Of a DNA stretch of 55,375 nucleotides, positions 20,901 through 29,526 are shown in pieces. Source of the stretch: an uncultured Candidatus Saccharibacteria bacterium (GTDB lineage: Bacteria > Patescibacteriota > Saccharimonadia > QS-5-54-17); contig CAZAXT010000001.1 in NCBI GenBank assembly GCA_964489295.1, positions 1 to 55,375 on the forward strand, in the 5' to 3' direction. The translations under genes and the position numbers were made by a program. A model generated the notes under the pieces. It made no database searches. It saw nothing but the letters and a program-made list of their open reading frames with translations, and was not told the origin of the DNA. The first letter of the stretch is position 1; each line of letters begins with the position of its first letter.

Positions 20901-21716
20901 ATCAGCACCGGTAACCACGATACGTACTACACGGTTCGTCTGACACCGACCAGTAAACCCGAACAGACCCACGAGCTTAAAGGCATGATACCTATAATTG
21001 CCGATGGCGATACAGTTAAACCGGGCGATGTCATGGCATCCAGCGAGGATGACCGGCAGATCATCAGCGCCAACATGAGCGGAACCGCGCAGGTCAGCAA
21101 GAAGCAAATCAAAGTCACGGCCGAGCACGTCGGAGCCCGGGAGTACACCGTACCCAAGTACCGGAATCTCTTGGTCCAGGATGGTGAACAAGTCGCGCCG
21201 GGCCAACGACTTACTACCGGCTCCGTCAATGTCCACGATCTACTGAATTTGACCGATACCAGCGAGGTGCAACGCTATGTCATCAACGAAGTCCAGCGCG
21301 TCTTTAGTCTGCAAGGTACTACCATTTCCGATAAACACCTGGAAGTCATCGTTCGCCAGATGACATCACGGGTGCAAATCGAAGATCCCGGTGATAGCTT
21401 GTTCGTGACCGGCGATGTCGTTACCAAAGCCCGGATCATCGAGGAAAATCAGCAACTCCGCGCTGATGACAAACGCCCGATTATCTATAGGCAGCTTCTA
21501 CTCGGGATTAGCAAGACATCGCTCAGTACCGAATCCTGGCTGTCGGCAGCTTCCTTCCAGGATACGACCCGGATATTGATCAACGCCGCTACGGCCGGCA
21601 GCGTCGACCACCTGTACGGTTTGAAGGAAAATGTCATTATCGGACGGAAAATTCCGGTCGGTACTGGTTATCAGGCGGACGCCGAAGACGGAGAAGAAAC
21701 AGAAGTTGACGAATAA
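17907..21716 (+). CDS. rpoC: DNA-directed RNA polymerase subunit beta prime
   Basis: 1269 aa; zinc finger CYCGKYKG...CDRCGV, catalytic NADFDGD, trigger loop and bridge helix regions. Confidence 0.98.
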   Translation: MADYLHEKNASDFDAIQLSIAGPDEILSWSHGEVLKPETINYRTQKPEKDGLFDERIFGPTKDFECYCGKYKGAHYRGVTCDRCGVLVARAIVRRERMGHIALAVPVTHVWFLRRTPSSIGLILNMTGKNLEKIAYFANYAVTSVDEDKKQEYLQEMETAYENNKAAIKQKFEEMASQEGQDEQALAQQRNQELEEAEEAYTTGRSRLESLVEKALLSEQDYRELRSQYSDVFSAQTGAEAIKTLLKNIDLDQTVEELHEAAQETQGQRQRKILKRLKKLEGMQKAGIKPEWMIVEHVPVIPPELRPMVQLTGGRFATSDLNDLYRRVINRNNRLKKLIDLNAPEVICRNEMRMLQEAVDALIDNSHVRGGRAVNAAGGRRKLKSLSDQLRGKQGRFRQNLLGKRVDYSGRSVIVSGPDLELHQCGLPKMMALDLFKPFIIGKLMEDETAHNVKAASQMIDNNEPVIWDALDAVIEDKYVLLNRAPTLHRLGVQAFQPVLIEGKAIQLHPLVCSGFNADFDGDQMAVHVPLSDEAQSEAREIMASDKNLLYPSDGTVMVSIMQDMVLGAYYMTYEPQSIDDTPQHSYASESEAIYAYESGNITLQTPISVLCDDGEMRATTVGRIMFNQILPEDFGFRNHTFIKSDLTGLATEIFNQYGMDTLGEIANRIKEIGFEYATNSGLSTGMDDYIIPEAKQDIVQQGEDRATEIDEQYDQGLITEEERYRLTVDAWLKASDQLQDTVKEDFQQQENSTTIITLSGARAKLGAVNQIIGMIGLRQDVYGNTIELPIKSNYKEGLDVLEYFTDARGSRKGLIDTALKTADSGYLTRRLVDVSQDVFTVEDDCGDEEGVAMGREEAHDLDVGFAERLSGRVAAEDVEDIVRNGQLIGREQAEAIESSDRETVRVRSLLRCRSIRGVCRQCYGQDLSTGEMVDIRVPIGVMAAQAIGEPGTQLTLRTFHSGGGAGEDITQGLPRVNELFEAQNPKGQAQIADVEGTISTGNHDTYYTVRLTPTSKPEQTHELKGMIPIIADGDTVKPGDVMASSEDDRQIISANMSGTAQVSKKQIKVTAEHVGAREYTVPKYRNLLVQDGEQVAPGQRLTTGSVNVHDLLNLTDTSEVQRYVINEVQRVFSLQGTTISDKHLEVIVRQMTSRVQIEDPGDSLFVTGDVVTKARIIEENQQLRADDKRPIIYRQLLLGISKTSLSTESWLSAASFQDTTRILINAATAGSVDHLYGLKENVIIGRKIPVGTGYQADAEDGEETEVDE

Positions 21717-21717
21717 T

Positions 21718-21870
21718 ATGTCCTCTGTCAGACTAGCTACTGTACTCAAGCCCCGGTGGCGTAATGAAAATGCTACACACATAGTGTATGCCCGGGTATG
21801 TTATGGATATCCGTGTAATGGCATATCGTGTGTGTCCACAGCAGTCGATGCTACGGGAATGGAGTTTTGA
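21718..21870 (+). CDS. Candidate spacer-filling (bridging) small ORF, 50 aa, rpoC>rpsL
   Basis: ATG 1 nt after the rpoC TAA; TGA 1 nt before the rpsL ATG; [50 protein letters not shown]; no family recognised. Confidence 0.3.
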   Translation: MSSVRLATVLKPRWRNENATHIVYARVCYGYPCNGISCVSTAVDATGMEF

Positions 21871-21871
21871 T

Positions 21872-22279
21872 ATGCCTACAATGAACCAATTAGTCAACAA
21901 ACCACGCAAGAAGAAGAAGCGGCAGTCCAAATCTGCAGCACTACACCAGGTGAATAACGTTTTGCACAACAAAACGTATGAAAAACCGTCTCCGCTGAAG
22001 CGAGGCGTGTGTTTACGGGTCACGACCCAAAGTCCGAAGAAGCCGAACTCGGCGTTGCGCAAAATCGCCCGTGTCCGTTTGACTAACGGCAAGGAAATTA
22101 CCGCCTATATCCCCGGCGAAGGGCACAACCTCCAGGAGCACTCGGTGGTGCTGGTCCGCGGCGGCAGTGTCAAAGACTTGCCGGGTGTCCGCTATCACGT
22201 TGTTCGCGGCGCGTTTGATACCGGCGGTGTATCGGAACGAACCAAAGCACGCAGTAAATACGGAACCAAGAAAGGGTAA
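21872..22279 (+). CDS. rpsL: 30S ribosomal protein S12
   Basis: [16 protein letters not shown]..., conserved [10 protein letters not shown]; GGAG 7 nt upstream; tracked ORF start (21788) rejected. Confidence 0.97.
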   Translation: MPTMNQLVNKPRKKKKRQSKSAALHQVNNVLHNKTYEKPSPLKRGVCLRVTTQSPKKPNSALRKIARVRLTNGKEITAYIPGEGHNLQEHSVVLVRGGSVKDLPGVRYHVVRGAFDTGGVSERTKARSKYGTKKG

Positions 22280-22281
22280 TC

Positions 22282-22758
22282 ATGCCGCGCAAGAAAACCA
22301 AGACGCTCCAACGACAAATCCAGCCGGACCGGAAATACAATAGCGTACTGGTGCAGCGGTTTATCAATAAAGTTATGCAGGACGGCAAAAAACTAAAAGC
22401 CGAGCGGCTCGTATACGATGCGCTCGATGAAGTAGAACGCCGCACCAAGCAACCGGCACTCGAGGTATTCCAACAAGCTATCGAAAACGCCGCACCGTCT
22501 CTAGAGGTCAAATCACGGCGAGTGGGCGGGGCCAATTACCAGGTACCATTTGAAGTGCACGGCAACCGCCGTACCCATTTGACTTTGATGTGGATGGTGC
22601 AGGCCGTTCGCCAGAAAAGCGGCCAATCCATGAGTCAGCGCATTGCTGATGAAATCATAAACGCCTACAACGAAACCGGCGATACGTTCAAAAAGAAGGA
22701 AGACGCACACCGGATGGCCGAGGCCAACCGCGCATTCGCGCACCTAGCGAGGTTTTGA
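22282..22758 (+). CDS. rpsG: 30S ribosomal protein S7
   Basis: 158 aa; MPRK...PDRKYNSVLVQRFINKVM, typical S7. Confidence 0.97.
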   Translation: MPRKKTKTLQRQIQPDRKYNSVLVQRFINKVMQDGKKLKAERLVYDALDEVERRTKQPALEVFQQAIENAAPSLEVKSRRVGGANYQVPFEVHGNRRTHLTLMWMVQAVRQKSGQSMSQRIADEIINAYNETGDTFKKKEDAHRMAEANRAFAHLARF

Positions 22759-22760
22759 TT

Positions 22761-23024
22761 ATGGAAGAGCAATCACGGTACACTTCACAAGCTGATTTTC
22801 CTGCTCAATGCAAGGAATGTCCTATGTTGGTGGGTATGATTGAAGACGGAGAATTGCCACCCGATCGCCGATTGGATGAGGAAGAAAAACAAGAGATGCG
22901 CGAAGCGCTCGGTAGATGGGTGGTTGATTCGTGCCCGGGACCAACAATAGAGAGCAATCAGGCAAATTTCGCCATTACGTGCACAGCAATGGACCAGTTA
23001 GAAAATAGTGGGATTAATCGATAA
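22761..23024 (+). CDS. Hypothetical 87-aa acidic Cys-containing protein filling the rpsG>fusA spacer
   Basis: ATG 2 nt after the rpsG TGA; TAA 10 nt before the fusA ATG; contains CKEC plus two more Cys; no family recognised; looks AT-richer than its neighbours. Confidence 0.4.
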   Translation: MEEQSRYTSQADFPAQCKECPMLVGMIEDGELPPDRRLDEEEKQEMREALGRWVVDSCPGPTIESNQANFAITCTAMDQLENSGINR

Positions 23025-23034
23025 GGGTCTTTGT

Positions 23035-25125
23035 ATGGGGCAACGGGACTACGCACTAGACGTCACTAGGAACATCGGGACTATTGCCCACATCGATGCC
23101 GGTAAAACAACGGTCACCGAAGGTATACTGTATCGTACTGGTATCGTGCACCGAATTGGTGCGGTTCACGAGGGTGAAGCCACCATGGACTGGATGTCTC
23201 AGGAGCAGGAGCGTGGTATCACCATTACTTCGGCCGCGACCACGTGTTTCTGGAACGACCACCGCATCAACATCATCGATACGCCCGGCCATATCGACTT
23301 TACGGTCGAGGTCGAACGCTCCCTACGGGTGCTTGATGGCGCGGTCGTAATTTTTGACGGCAAGATGGGCGTGGAGCCGCAGTCGGAAACGGTGTGGCAC
23401 CAGGCGGACAAATACCACGTTCCCCGGATATGCTTTATTAATAAGATCAACCAAACCGGTGGCGACTTCTACGAGAGCTTGGAAACCATCCAGGAGCAGC
23501 TCAGCAGTAACGCCTACCCGATCCACTTGCCGATCGGCCATGAACAGGATATCAACGGTGTCGTTGATCTGATCGAAATGAAATCATACACCTATAGCAA
23601 TTACAGCGATAAAGAGCTGCACGTCGATGACGTACCCGAGGATATGCGTGAAAAGTGCGAACGTTATCGCCAGCATTTGATCGAGGGTGCGCTGGAAAAT
23701 GATGACGAGCTGCTGGAGAAGTACCTGGAAACCGGTGATCTGAGTGTGGATGAAATTAAATCCGCTGTCAGAAAGTCAGTGTTGACCGGACAGTTCTTTC
23801 TGATTACCGGCGGCGACGGGCGAGGTGTGATCGTGGAAAAATTACTGGACGCCGTTACTGATTTTCTCCCCAGTCCGCTGGATGTGCCGCCCGCTGAAGG
23901 AGAAGACCCGAAAACCGGTGACACGATTACCCGGACCGCTGATGACGAGGGTCCGTTCGCGGCCTTGGCTTTTAAAATCGCAGCCGATCCGTACGTGGGT
24001 AAACTAACCTTTTTCCGCGTCTATTCGGGCACTCTGAAAACCGGTTCATACGTACTAAATGCCAATACCGGTGAAAAAGAACGCGTCGGAAGAATCGTGC
24101 GACTGCACTCTAACCACCGTGAGGAAGTCGACGAAGTATATACTGGCGATATTGCGGCCGCGGTCGGATTGAAGAAGACGACGACCGGTGACACATTATC
24201 CGAGGCGGACCAACCTATCATGCTGGAGAACATTACGTTTCCCGATCCGCCGGTCCAGGTGGCGATCGAACCCAAGACCAAAGCCGACCAGGAAAAGATG
24301 TCCCAGGCCCTGCAACGTTTGGCCGAAGAAGACCCTACATTTCAGCTGTCCACGGATGAGGAGACCGGACAGACGCTGGTTGCCGGTATGGGCGAATTGC
24401 ACTTACACATCATCGTTGATCGTTTGAAACGCGAGTTCAAAGTCGATGCCAACGTTGGCAACCCGCAGGTAGCCTACCGTGAAGCCATGAAAAAACCGGT
24501 CAAAAATATCGAAGCTCAATTCATCAAACAAAGCGGCGGACGCGGACAGTACGGTCACGTCATCATCGATGCTGAACCTTTGGAGCGCGGGGAAGGGTTC
24601 CAGTTCGAGAACAAGATCGCAGGCGGCGTCATACCCAAAGAATTCATAAATCCGATCGAGCAAGGCATTAAAGAAGCTCTGGCAAGCGGTATTGTGGCCG
24701 GATACCCGGTTATCGACGTAGGAGTCGTGTTGCATGATGGCTCATATCACGAGGTCGACTCTTCGGAGGTCGCTTTCAAAATGGCCGGTTCCATGGCGAT
24801 CCAGGATGCGGTTAAACAATCGAATCCGGTGTTACTAGAGCCGATCATGCGAGTCGACGTTACCATGCCCGAAGAGTTTATGGGTGATGTCATGGGCGAC
24901 ATTAATTCCCGCCGCGGCCGCGTGGAATCCATGGGCGACCGGGCTAAGGCCAAACTCGTCGAAGCTTATGTGCCGCTGGCTGAGATGTTCGGGTACGAAA
25001 CCGATCTCCGCTCTATGACCCAAGGACGAGCGGCCAGCTCGATGGAACTGTCCCATTACGAAGAAGTGCCTTCGAATGTCGCCGAAACTATCATCGGATC
25101 TCAGACGTCCTCCAAAAATGAATAG
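23035..25125 (+). CDS. fusA: Elongation factor G
   Basis: G1 [10 protein letters not shown]3 DTPGH, G4 NKID-type (NKIN), domains II-V; start placed at [15 protein letters not shown]. Confidence 0.97.
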   Translation: MGQRDYALDVTRNIGTIAHIDAGKTTVTEGILYRTGIVHRIGAVHEGEATMDWMSQEQERGITITSAATTCFWNDHRINIIDTPGHIDFTVEVERSLRVLDGAVVIFDGKMGVEPQSETVWHQADKYHVPRICFINKINQTGGDFYESLETIQEQLSSNAYPIHLPIGHEQDINGVVDLIEMKSYTYSNYSDKELHVDDVPEDMREKCERYRQHLIEGALENDDELLEKYLETGDLSVDEIKSAVRKSVLTGQFFLITGGDGRGVIVEKLLDAVTDFLPSPLDVPPAEGEDPKTGDTITRTADDEGPFAALAFKIAADPYVGKLTFFRVYSGTLKTGSYVLNANTGEKERVGRIVRLHSNHREEVDEVYTGDIAAAVGLKKTTTGDTLSEADQPIMLENITFPDPPVQVAIEPKTKADQEKMSQALQRLAEEDPTFQLSTDEETGQTLVAGMGELHLHIIVDRLKREFKVDANVGNPQVAYREAMKKPVKNIEAQFIKQSGGRGQYGHVIIDAEPLERGEGFQFENKIAGGVIPKEFINPIEQGIKEALASGIVAGYPVIDVGVVLHDGSYHEVDSSEVAFKMAGSMAIQDAVKQSNPVLLEPIMRVDVTMPEEFMGDVMGDINSRRGRVESMGDRAKAKLVEAYVPLAEMFGYETDLRSMTQGRAASSMELSHYEEVPSNVAETIIGSQTSSKNE

Positions 25126-25197
25126 ATCTGCGCGGTCGTCTTGTATTGTGCGTAGCGCCCCATGAGATTTCCCGGGTAAAAATTTACCCAACAGGGG

Positions 25198-25226
25198 TTT
25201 ACAAGAACTGCGGCAAAACGTATAAT
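25198..25226 (+). promoter_or_regulatory. Candidate strong sigma70-type promoter for tuf
   Basis: TTTACA, exactly 17 nt, TATAAT; followed by hairpin GCGCC-ATAC-GGCGC in the 5' UTR. Confidence 0.6.
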
Positions 25227-25297
25227 CACAACCTGATGAAAAAGCGCCATACGGCGCCTGATGAATAACAGAGTTAACGCATGTAAGGAGTAATCAC

Positions 25298-26482
25298 ATG
25301 GCTGACTTCCAACGCGATAAGACGCACATCAATGTCGGAACCATGGGACACGTTGACCATGGTAAAACCACATTAACTGCCGCTATCACGACCGTATTGG
25401 CGGAAAAGAATCCAACAGAAACGAACAAAAAGGTCGCTTACGAGCAGATCGACAACGCGCCGGAAGAACGCAACCGCGGCATTACGATCGCTACGTCCCA
25501 CAACGAGTACGAGACCGAAAACCGTCACTACGCCCACGTGGATATGCCCGGCCACGCCGACTACGTCAAGAACATGGTTACCGGTGCTGCCCAGGTAGAC
25601 GGAGCGGTTCTGGTAGTTTCGGCGGCTGACGGTCCGATGCCCCAAACCAGGGAGCACGTGCTTCTGGCCCGCCAGGTTGGCGTACCCAGCGTCGTAGTCT
25701 ACTTGAACAAAACCGATCTGGTTGATGACGATGAACTGGTTGACTTGGTCGAAATGGAAGTCCGTGAACTTCTGGAAGAATATGACTATGACAAAGACGC
25801 GCCTATCGTCAAAGGTTCGGCCCTGAAAGCGGTCGAAGGCGACGAAAAAGAGCAGGATGCCATCATGGAGCTGCTCCAGTCCATGGACGACTACTTCCCC
25901 GAACCCCAACGCGAGCTCGATAAAGATTTCCTGATGCCGATCGAAGACGTCTTTTCCATCAAAGGGCGCGGTACGGTCGCGACCGGTCGTGTTGAGCAAG
26001 GCGAAGTCACCAACGGTGATGACATAGAAATCGTTGGATTGCGCGATACGGTCAAGACGACCGTCACGGGTGTTGAGATGTTCAACAAATCGCTCGATAA
26101 AGGACAAGCTGGCGACAACGTCGGCGTATTGCTCCGCGGCGTTGAGCGGGAAGACATCGAGCGCGGCCAGGTATTAGCCAAACCCGGCACGATTACCCCG
26201 CACACCGAATTCGAAGCCGAAGTCTACGTTCTCAACAAAGATGAAGGCGGCCGGCACACCCCATTCTTCACCGGATATAAGCCCCAGTTTTACTTCCGAA
26301 CCACTGATGTTACCGGCGAGGTTACATTGACCGAGGGGACCGAAATGGTGATGCCGGGTGACAATGCCACGTTCCAAGTCAAGTTGATCCAACCGATCGC
26401 CATGGAAGAAGGACTCCGGTTCGCGATCCGTGAAGGCGGAAAAACGGTCGGCGCCGGTGTTGTGACAAAAATCACCAAATAG
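25298..26482 (+). CDS. tuf: Elongation factor Tu
   Basis: 394 aa; [21 protein letters not shown]; near-canonical EF-Tu throughout. Confidence 0.98.
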   Translation: MADFQRDKTHINVGTMGHVDHGKTTLTAAITTVLAEKNPTETNKKVAYEQIDNAPEERNRGITIATSHNEYETENRHYAHVDMPGHADYVKNMVTGAAQVDGAVLVVSAADGPMPQTREHVLLARQVGVPSVVVYLNKTDLVDDDELVDLVEMEVRELLEEYDYDKDAPIVKGSALKAVEGDEKEQDAIMELLQSMDDYFPEPQRELDKDFLMPIEDVFSIKGRGTVATGRVEQGEVTNGDDIEIVGLRDTVKTTVTGVEMFNKSLDKGQAGDNVGVLLRGVEREDIERGQVLAKPGTITPHTEFEAEVYVLNKDEGGRHTPFFTGYKPQFYFRTTDVTGEVTLTEGTEMVMPGDNATFQVKLIQPIAMEEGLRFAIREGGKTVGAGVVTKITK

Positions 26483-26511
26483 TTTACGCCAAGAAACATA
26501 AGGCATATCAT
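26483..26511 (+). promoter_or_regulatory. Weak candidate promoter upstream of rpsJ
   Basis: TTTACG, 17-nt spacer, TATCAT directly after the tuf stop; competes with the uORF interpretation. Confidence 0.3.
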
Positions 26512-26569
26512 GAACACATTGACATTCGGTTCCAATATGGCGACAGAAAAGGAGCACTCTCGTGGCTGA
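26510..26569 (+). CDS. Candidate 19-aa upstream ORF overlapping the rpsJ start
   Basis: [19 protein letters not shown]; the TGA lies at +5..+7 of the rpsJ GTG (GTGGCTGA); same geometry as at rpsI. Confidence 0.2.
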   Translation: MNTLTFGSNMATEKEHSRG

Positions 26570-26879
26570 GGCAACAAAACAGCGTATCCGTATCCGGTTA
26601 AAAGCCTACGATCACAAATTGGTTGATCAATCGGCCAAGCAGATTATCGATACGGCGCTCCGGACCGGAGCCAATGTGTCCGGACCGGTGCCGCTTCCGA
26701 CCGACCGAAGCGAATACACGGTCGTCCGCGGGCCGTTCAAACATAAGGATTCCCGTGAACAATTCGAAATGCGCGTTCATAAACGGTTGATCGATATCAC
26801 CGAACCCACGGACAAAACCATCGACAATCTCATGAACCTGAGTTTACCGACCGGTGTCGATACCGAAATAAAAATGTGA
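26562..26879 (+). CDS. rpsJ: 30S ribosomal protein S10
   Basis: 105 aa; GTG start 6 nt after AAGGAGCA; [14 protein letters not shown]...GPVPLPT typical S10. Confidence 0.96.
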   Translation: MAEATKQRIRIRLKAYDHKLVDQSAKQIIDTALRTGANVSGPVPLPTDRSEYTVVRGPFKHKDSREQFEMRVHKRLIDITEPTDKTIDNLMNLSLPTGVDTEIKM

Positions 26880-26882
26880 CGT

Positions 26883-27329
26883 ATGCGTCAAAAACCGGAG
26901 CGTACTGACATTTCGTTTGGCGGGATACTATTCCAGCATTCTGTCAGTATCGATTCGAAACTTTTGGCGTTACGGCACCGTGCCGGTCACTGGGGACTGC
27001 CAAAGGGGCACTCAGAGCATGATGAGGCCCCAATCCAGACAGCTGAACGTGAAATTCGCGAAGAAACGGGCATCGAGGATGTAAGCTTGCAATCAGAGCC
27101 AACGTTTTCCCAAAAGTACACGTTCGAAGATGACAACACGGTATATCACAAAACCGTAACCTATTTTCTGGGTATGACATCTCAGCACAGGGTAACGACA
27201 CAACCGGCCGAAATCATAGAATATCGATGGGTCGGGCTTGAAGAAGCGCGAGCTCTCCTTGTAGTTAACGGCAATGTCAATGAAGCGCTGGAGCAAGTTC
27301 GGGAGTATCTGCAATCAAAACATATATAA
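26883..27329 (+). CDS. NUDIX hydrolase
   Basis: 148 aa; complete Nudix box GHSEHDEAPIQTAEREIREETGI (G-x5-E-x7-REUxEExGU). Confidence 0.85.
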   Translation: MRQKPERTDISFGGILFQHSVSIDSKLLALRHRAGHWGLPKGHSEHDEAPIQTAEREIREETGIEDVSLQSEPTFSQKYTFEDDNTVYHKTVTYFLGMTSQHRVTTQPAEIIEYRWVGLEEARALLVVNGNVNEALEQVREYLQSKHI

Positions 27330-27384
27330 CCGGTTTGATGTCACGTCTCGTCAAGCAAGCGCAAGTTTGATTTAATAGAAGGTA

Positions 27385-27642
27385 ATGACACGCAACACAT
27401 CCGCCAAACAGACCGAAACCGACTCAGCGTATTTTTTGAAAATATTGCTGTTTTTTATCGTCGGGGCAATCTGGATTGAGATAACGGCCTGGAACGCTTC
27501 TTTGCCGCTCGGATTAGTGCTCGGGTTGGTGTTTGCCAGCCATGATCATTTCCAGATCGACCGGAAGATCGAATACGCGGTACTGCTGATAGCGGCCATC
27601 GTGAGTTTCATCGCGCCGATCGGTATCGTTGCCCAAATATGA
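27385..27642 (+). CDS. Small hypothetical membrane protein (85 aa, 2-3 TM)
   Basis: GAAGG SD; hydrophobic segments FLKILLFFIVGAIWI, LPLGLVLGLVFA, AVLLIAAIVSFIAPIGIV; stop overlaps the next start (ATGA). Confidence 0.55.
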   Translation: MTRNTSAKQTETDSAYFLKILLFFIVGAIWIEITAWNASLPLGLVLGLVFASHDHFQIDRKIEYAVLLIAAIVSFIAPIGIVAQI

Positions 27643-29354
27643 CAGCCCGTTCATACCATACGCCCAGGTCCCGTAAAAAACGACACCGATCCTCCGGGTC
27701 AAAACGGCATAGGCGGCACTGGTTCGTGTACGGAATCGGTCTTGTCGTAGTTATATCCGGAATCGGAGCCGGTGCCTATTGGTGGTACACGCAGCCACGG
27801 ACCGCCGAGATAGCTTACCAGCCGTGCCGGATCGAATACGGCACCGTCGTGGCCGAATGGGAAGGTACGGACAGGGACGCTCCATGGAACGACGCCAACC
27901 ACCACTATCAACTTCGTCGGTTTAGCCTCCGTGCTACGGCGCCGGATGTCTTTTTCCCGAATACGATCGAATCTCCGCCTACCCGGATAGCGACCGGTGG
28001 TGAGGATACCTGCAAGAACGAGTTCGATGAAACAGTGGATGTGGCCGCGGAACGGTATCGATGGCATGGAGCCAGGACAACGGCTCTGCGCCTGGGAAGA
28101 CCGTCCTCAGCACCGTTACCCGGGGCAGTGCGTATGCCGGAGGTTGCCAAACCTGCTGACCCCGGCTTGAAGGTGCCGACGCTTGGAAAACCCCGATCAG
28201 CCGCGGTGTGGGTGGATGATGGCGGGTCGGCGTCGCTCAGTCATGATGGTCAGCGCCAGCAATGGTGGTGCATCAACGCGCCTGGGTGCGGAAGCATCGC
28301 TGGGCAACGCCATAATGCACAGGTTGCACGGGGTGCGGGGTATCAATACGTGCCTGATAATTGTCCGCCGGGTATTTCATGTCATGGTAATTGGCGGGAC
28401 GGAAAAGGTACGCCGCGTGTCATTGGACGCACCCATGGTATGCTGCAGCCGTTCGACATGCGGCTGTCAGCCGTTTCAACCTATGCCGATACGGTCGGAG
28501 CCGCTGTTTTAGTAACGTTCAAATACCCCGAACAAACCACTATACAAACGTCACTCACTGGTACACCGGGAAGTATTGCTCCGGGTGCTTCCTTTGAAAC
28601 TGATCTGACTCTCCATAAGAAAGGTCCGGCCGTGGATTCACTGACCGTGAAGGCCGATACGACCGGCCATCCCATACGCAACAAAGAACCCGTTCGATTA
28701 ACCCGGTCACAGATATCCCGTTTGAATACGGCCGATACGGTCCAACTTCCCGTGCGTTTCCGGTTAAGCGACGAAGCGCAATCCGGGATGTGTCATAGTA
28801 TACCGCTTACCATAGCGAAAGTTGAGGCGGATACGTCTTTAGCGAATCCCGAGGTAGCATATTGCGTGGCAGCCGAGGAAACCCGTATTCAATATCAAGT
28901 GCGCACCCGCGGCGCTATCGACACGAACACCGAAACATTCAAAACCCAGGTGGCTCATACGCTGCGGGATTCTCGCGGGTGGACGGCAGCAAACATTACG
29001 TTTGACCGGGTGGCAAATGGCGGTGATTTCACCTTGTGGTTGGCGTCCGCGGATGCCGTGTCCGATTTTTCCAGCGGATGCAGCCCCCAGTATAGTTGCC
29101 GTGTCGGGTCGAATGTGATCATCAATGATACGCGGTGGCAAAACGCGACACCGGCTTGGAACCAAGCGGGTGGTGGTCTGCGGAATTATCGTCACATGGT
29201 GATCAATCATGAAGTCGGGCATTTTCTCGGGCTCGGGCACCGTAGCTGCCCGGGAGCGGGGCAAGCGGCGCCGATTATGATGCAACAATCGATTGATCTA
29301 GATGGATGCCGGTTTAACCCATGGCCGTTACCGGGAGAACTCGAGCGTATATGA
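27639..29354 (+). CDS. Membrane-anchored protein with C-terminal DUF3152-like zinc metalloprotease motif
   Basis: 571 aa; Arg/Lys-rich N-terminus, TM WFVYGIGLVVVISGIGAGAYWWY, Cys-rich middle region; C-terminus RGW...FDRV...DFTLWLAS...RW...YRHMVINHEVGHFLGLGHRSCPG...APIMMQQS (HExxHxxGxxH); resemblance to actinobacterial DUF3152 is from memory only. Confidence 0.7.
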   Translation: MTARSYHTPRSRKKRHRSSGSKRHRRHWFVYGIGLVVVISGIGAGAYWWYTQPRTAEIAYQPCRIEYGTVVAEWEGTDRDAPWNDANHHYQLRRFSLRATAPDVFFPNTIESPPTRIATGGEDTCKNEFDETVDVAAERYRWHGARTTALRLGRPSSAPLPGAVRMPEVAKPADPGLKVPTLGKPRSAAVWVDDGGSASLSHDGQRQQWWCINAPGCGSIAGQRHNAQVARGAGYQYVPDNCPPGISCHGNWRDGKGTPRVIGRTHGMLQPFDMRLSAVSTYADTVGAAVLVTFKYPEQTTIQTSLTGTPGSIAPGASFETDLTLHKKGPAVDSLTVKADTTGHPIRNKEPVRLTRSQISRLNTADTVQLPVRFRLSDEAQSGMCHSIPLTIAKVEADTSLANPEVAYCVAAEETRIQYQVRTRGAIDTNTETFKTQVAHTLRDSRGWTAANITFDRVANGGDFTLWLASADAVSDFSSGCSPQYSCRVGSNVIINDTRWQNATPAWNQAGGGLRNYRHMVINHEVGHFLGLGHRSCPGAGQAAPIMMQQSIDLDGCRFNPWPLPGELERI

Positions 29355-29392
29355 TACCGTCATTCGACCCCGGACTCATGGAAGTGCTCCAG

Positions 29393-29422
29393 TTGACATC
29401 TGTTTCACGGTGTTGATATACT
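29393..29422 (+). promoter_or_regulatory. Candidate sigma70-type promoter restarting the S10 operon at rplC
   Basis: TTGACA (29393-29398), 18-nt spacer, TATACT (29417-29422); the approximately 100-nt leader contains hairpin GTGCCGT-N11-ACGGCAC. Confidence 0.5.
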
Positions 29423-29526
29423 CACTCGAGTATTCCTGACACGGGGAGCAGGACAGTAACTCCTGTATAAGTGCCGTTGCCGAAAGGGACGGCACGATTT
29501 ATGGATGATGTATAGCGAGGATATAA

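Noticed and set aside
21788-21871. N-terminally extended ORF-track starts for rpsL (21788), fusA (23008), rpsS (31993), rplN (34091), rplF (36066), rpsD (40470), rpsI (43080), tyrS (4591), the pseudouridine synthase (44078), the SEDS gene (45000), parA (46829) and the prmC-downstream ORF (53566).
   Set aside because: The conserved N-termini of these families begin at internal ATG or GTG codons. Those codons have properly spaced SDs or promoter boxes. The extensions are not conserved-looking, or they overlap upstream genes.
29401-29416. parS-like half sites: TGTTTCACG at 29401, CGTGAAACA at about 31934, and TGTTTCACGTTTTGTT at about 43862.
   Set aside because: Only half of the 16-bp palindrome TGTTNCACGTGAAACA is matched in each case. 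No full site was found near parAB.
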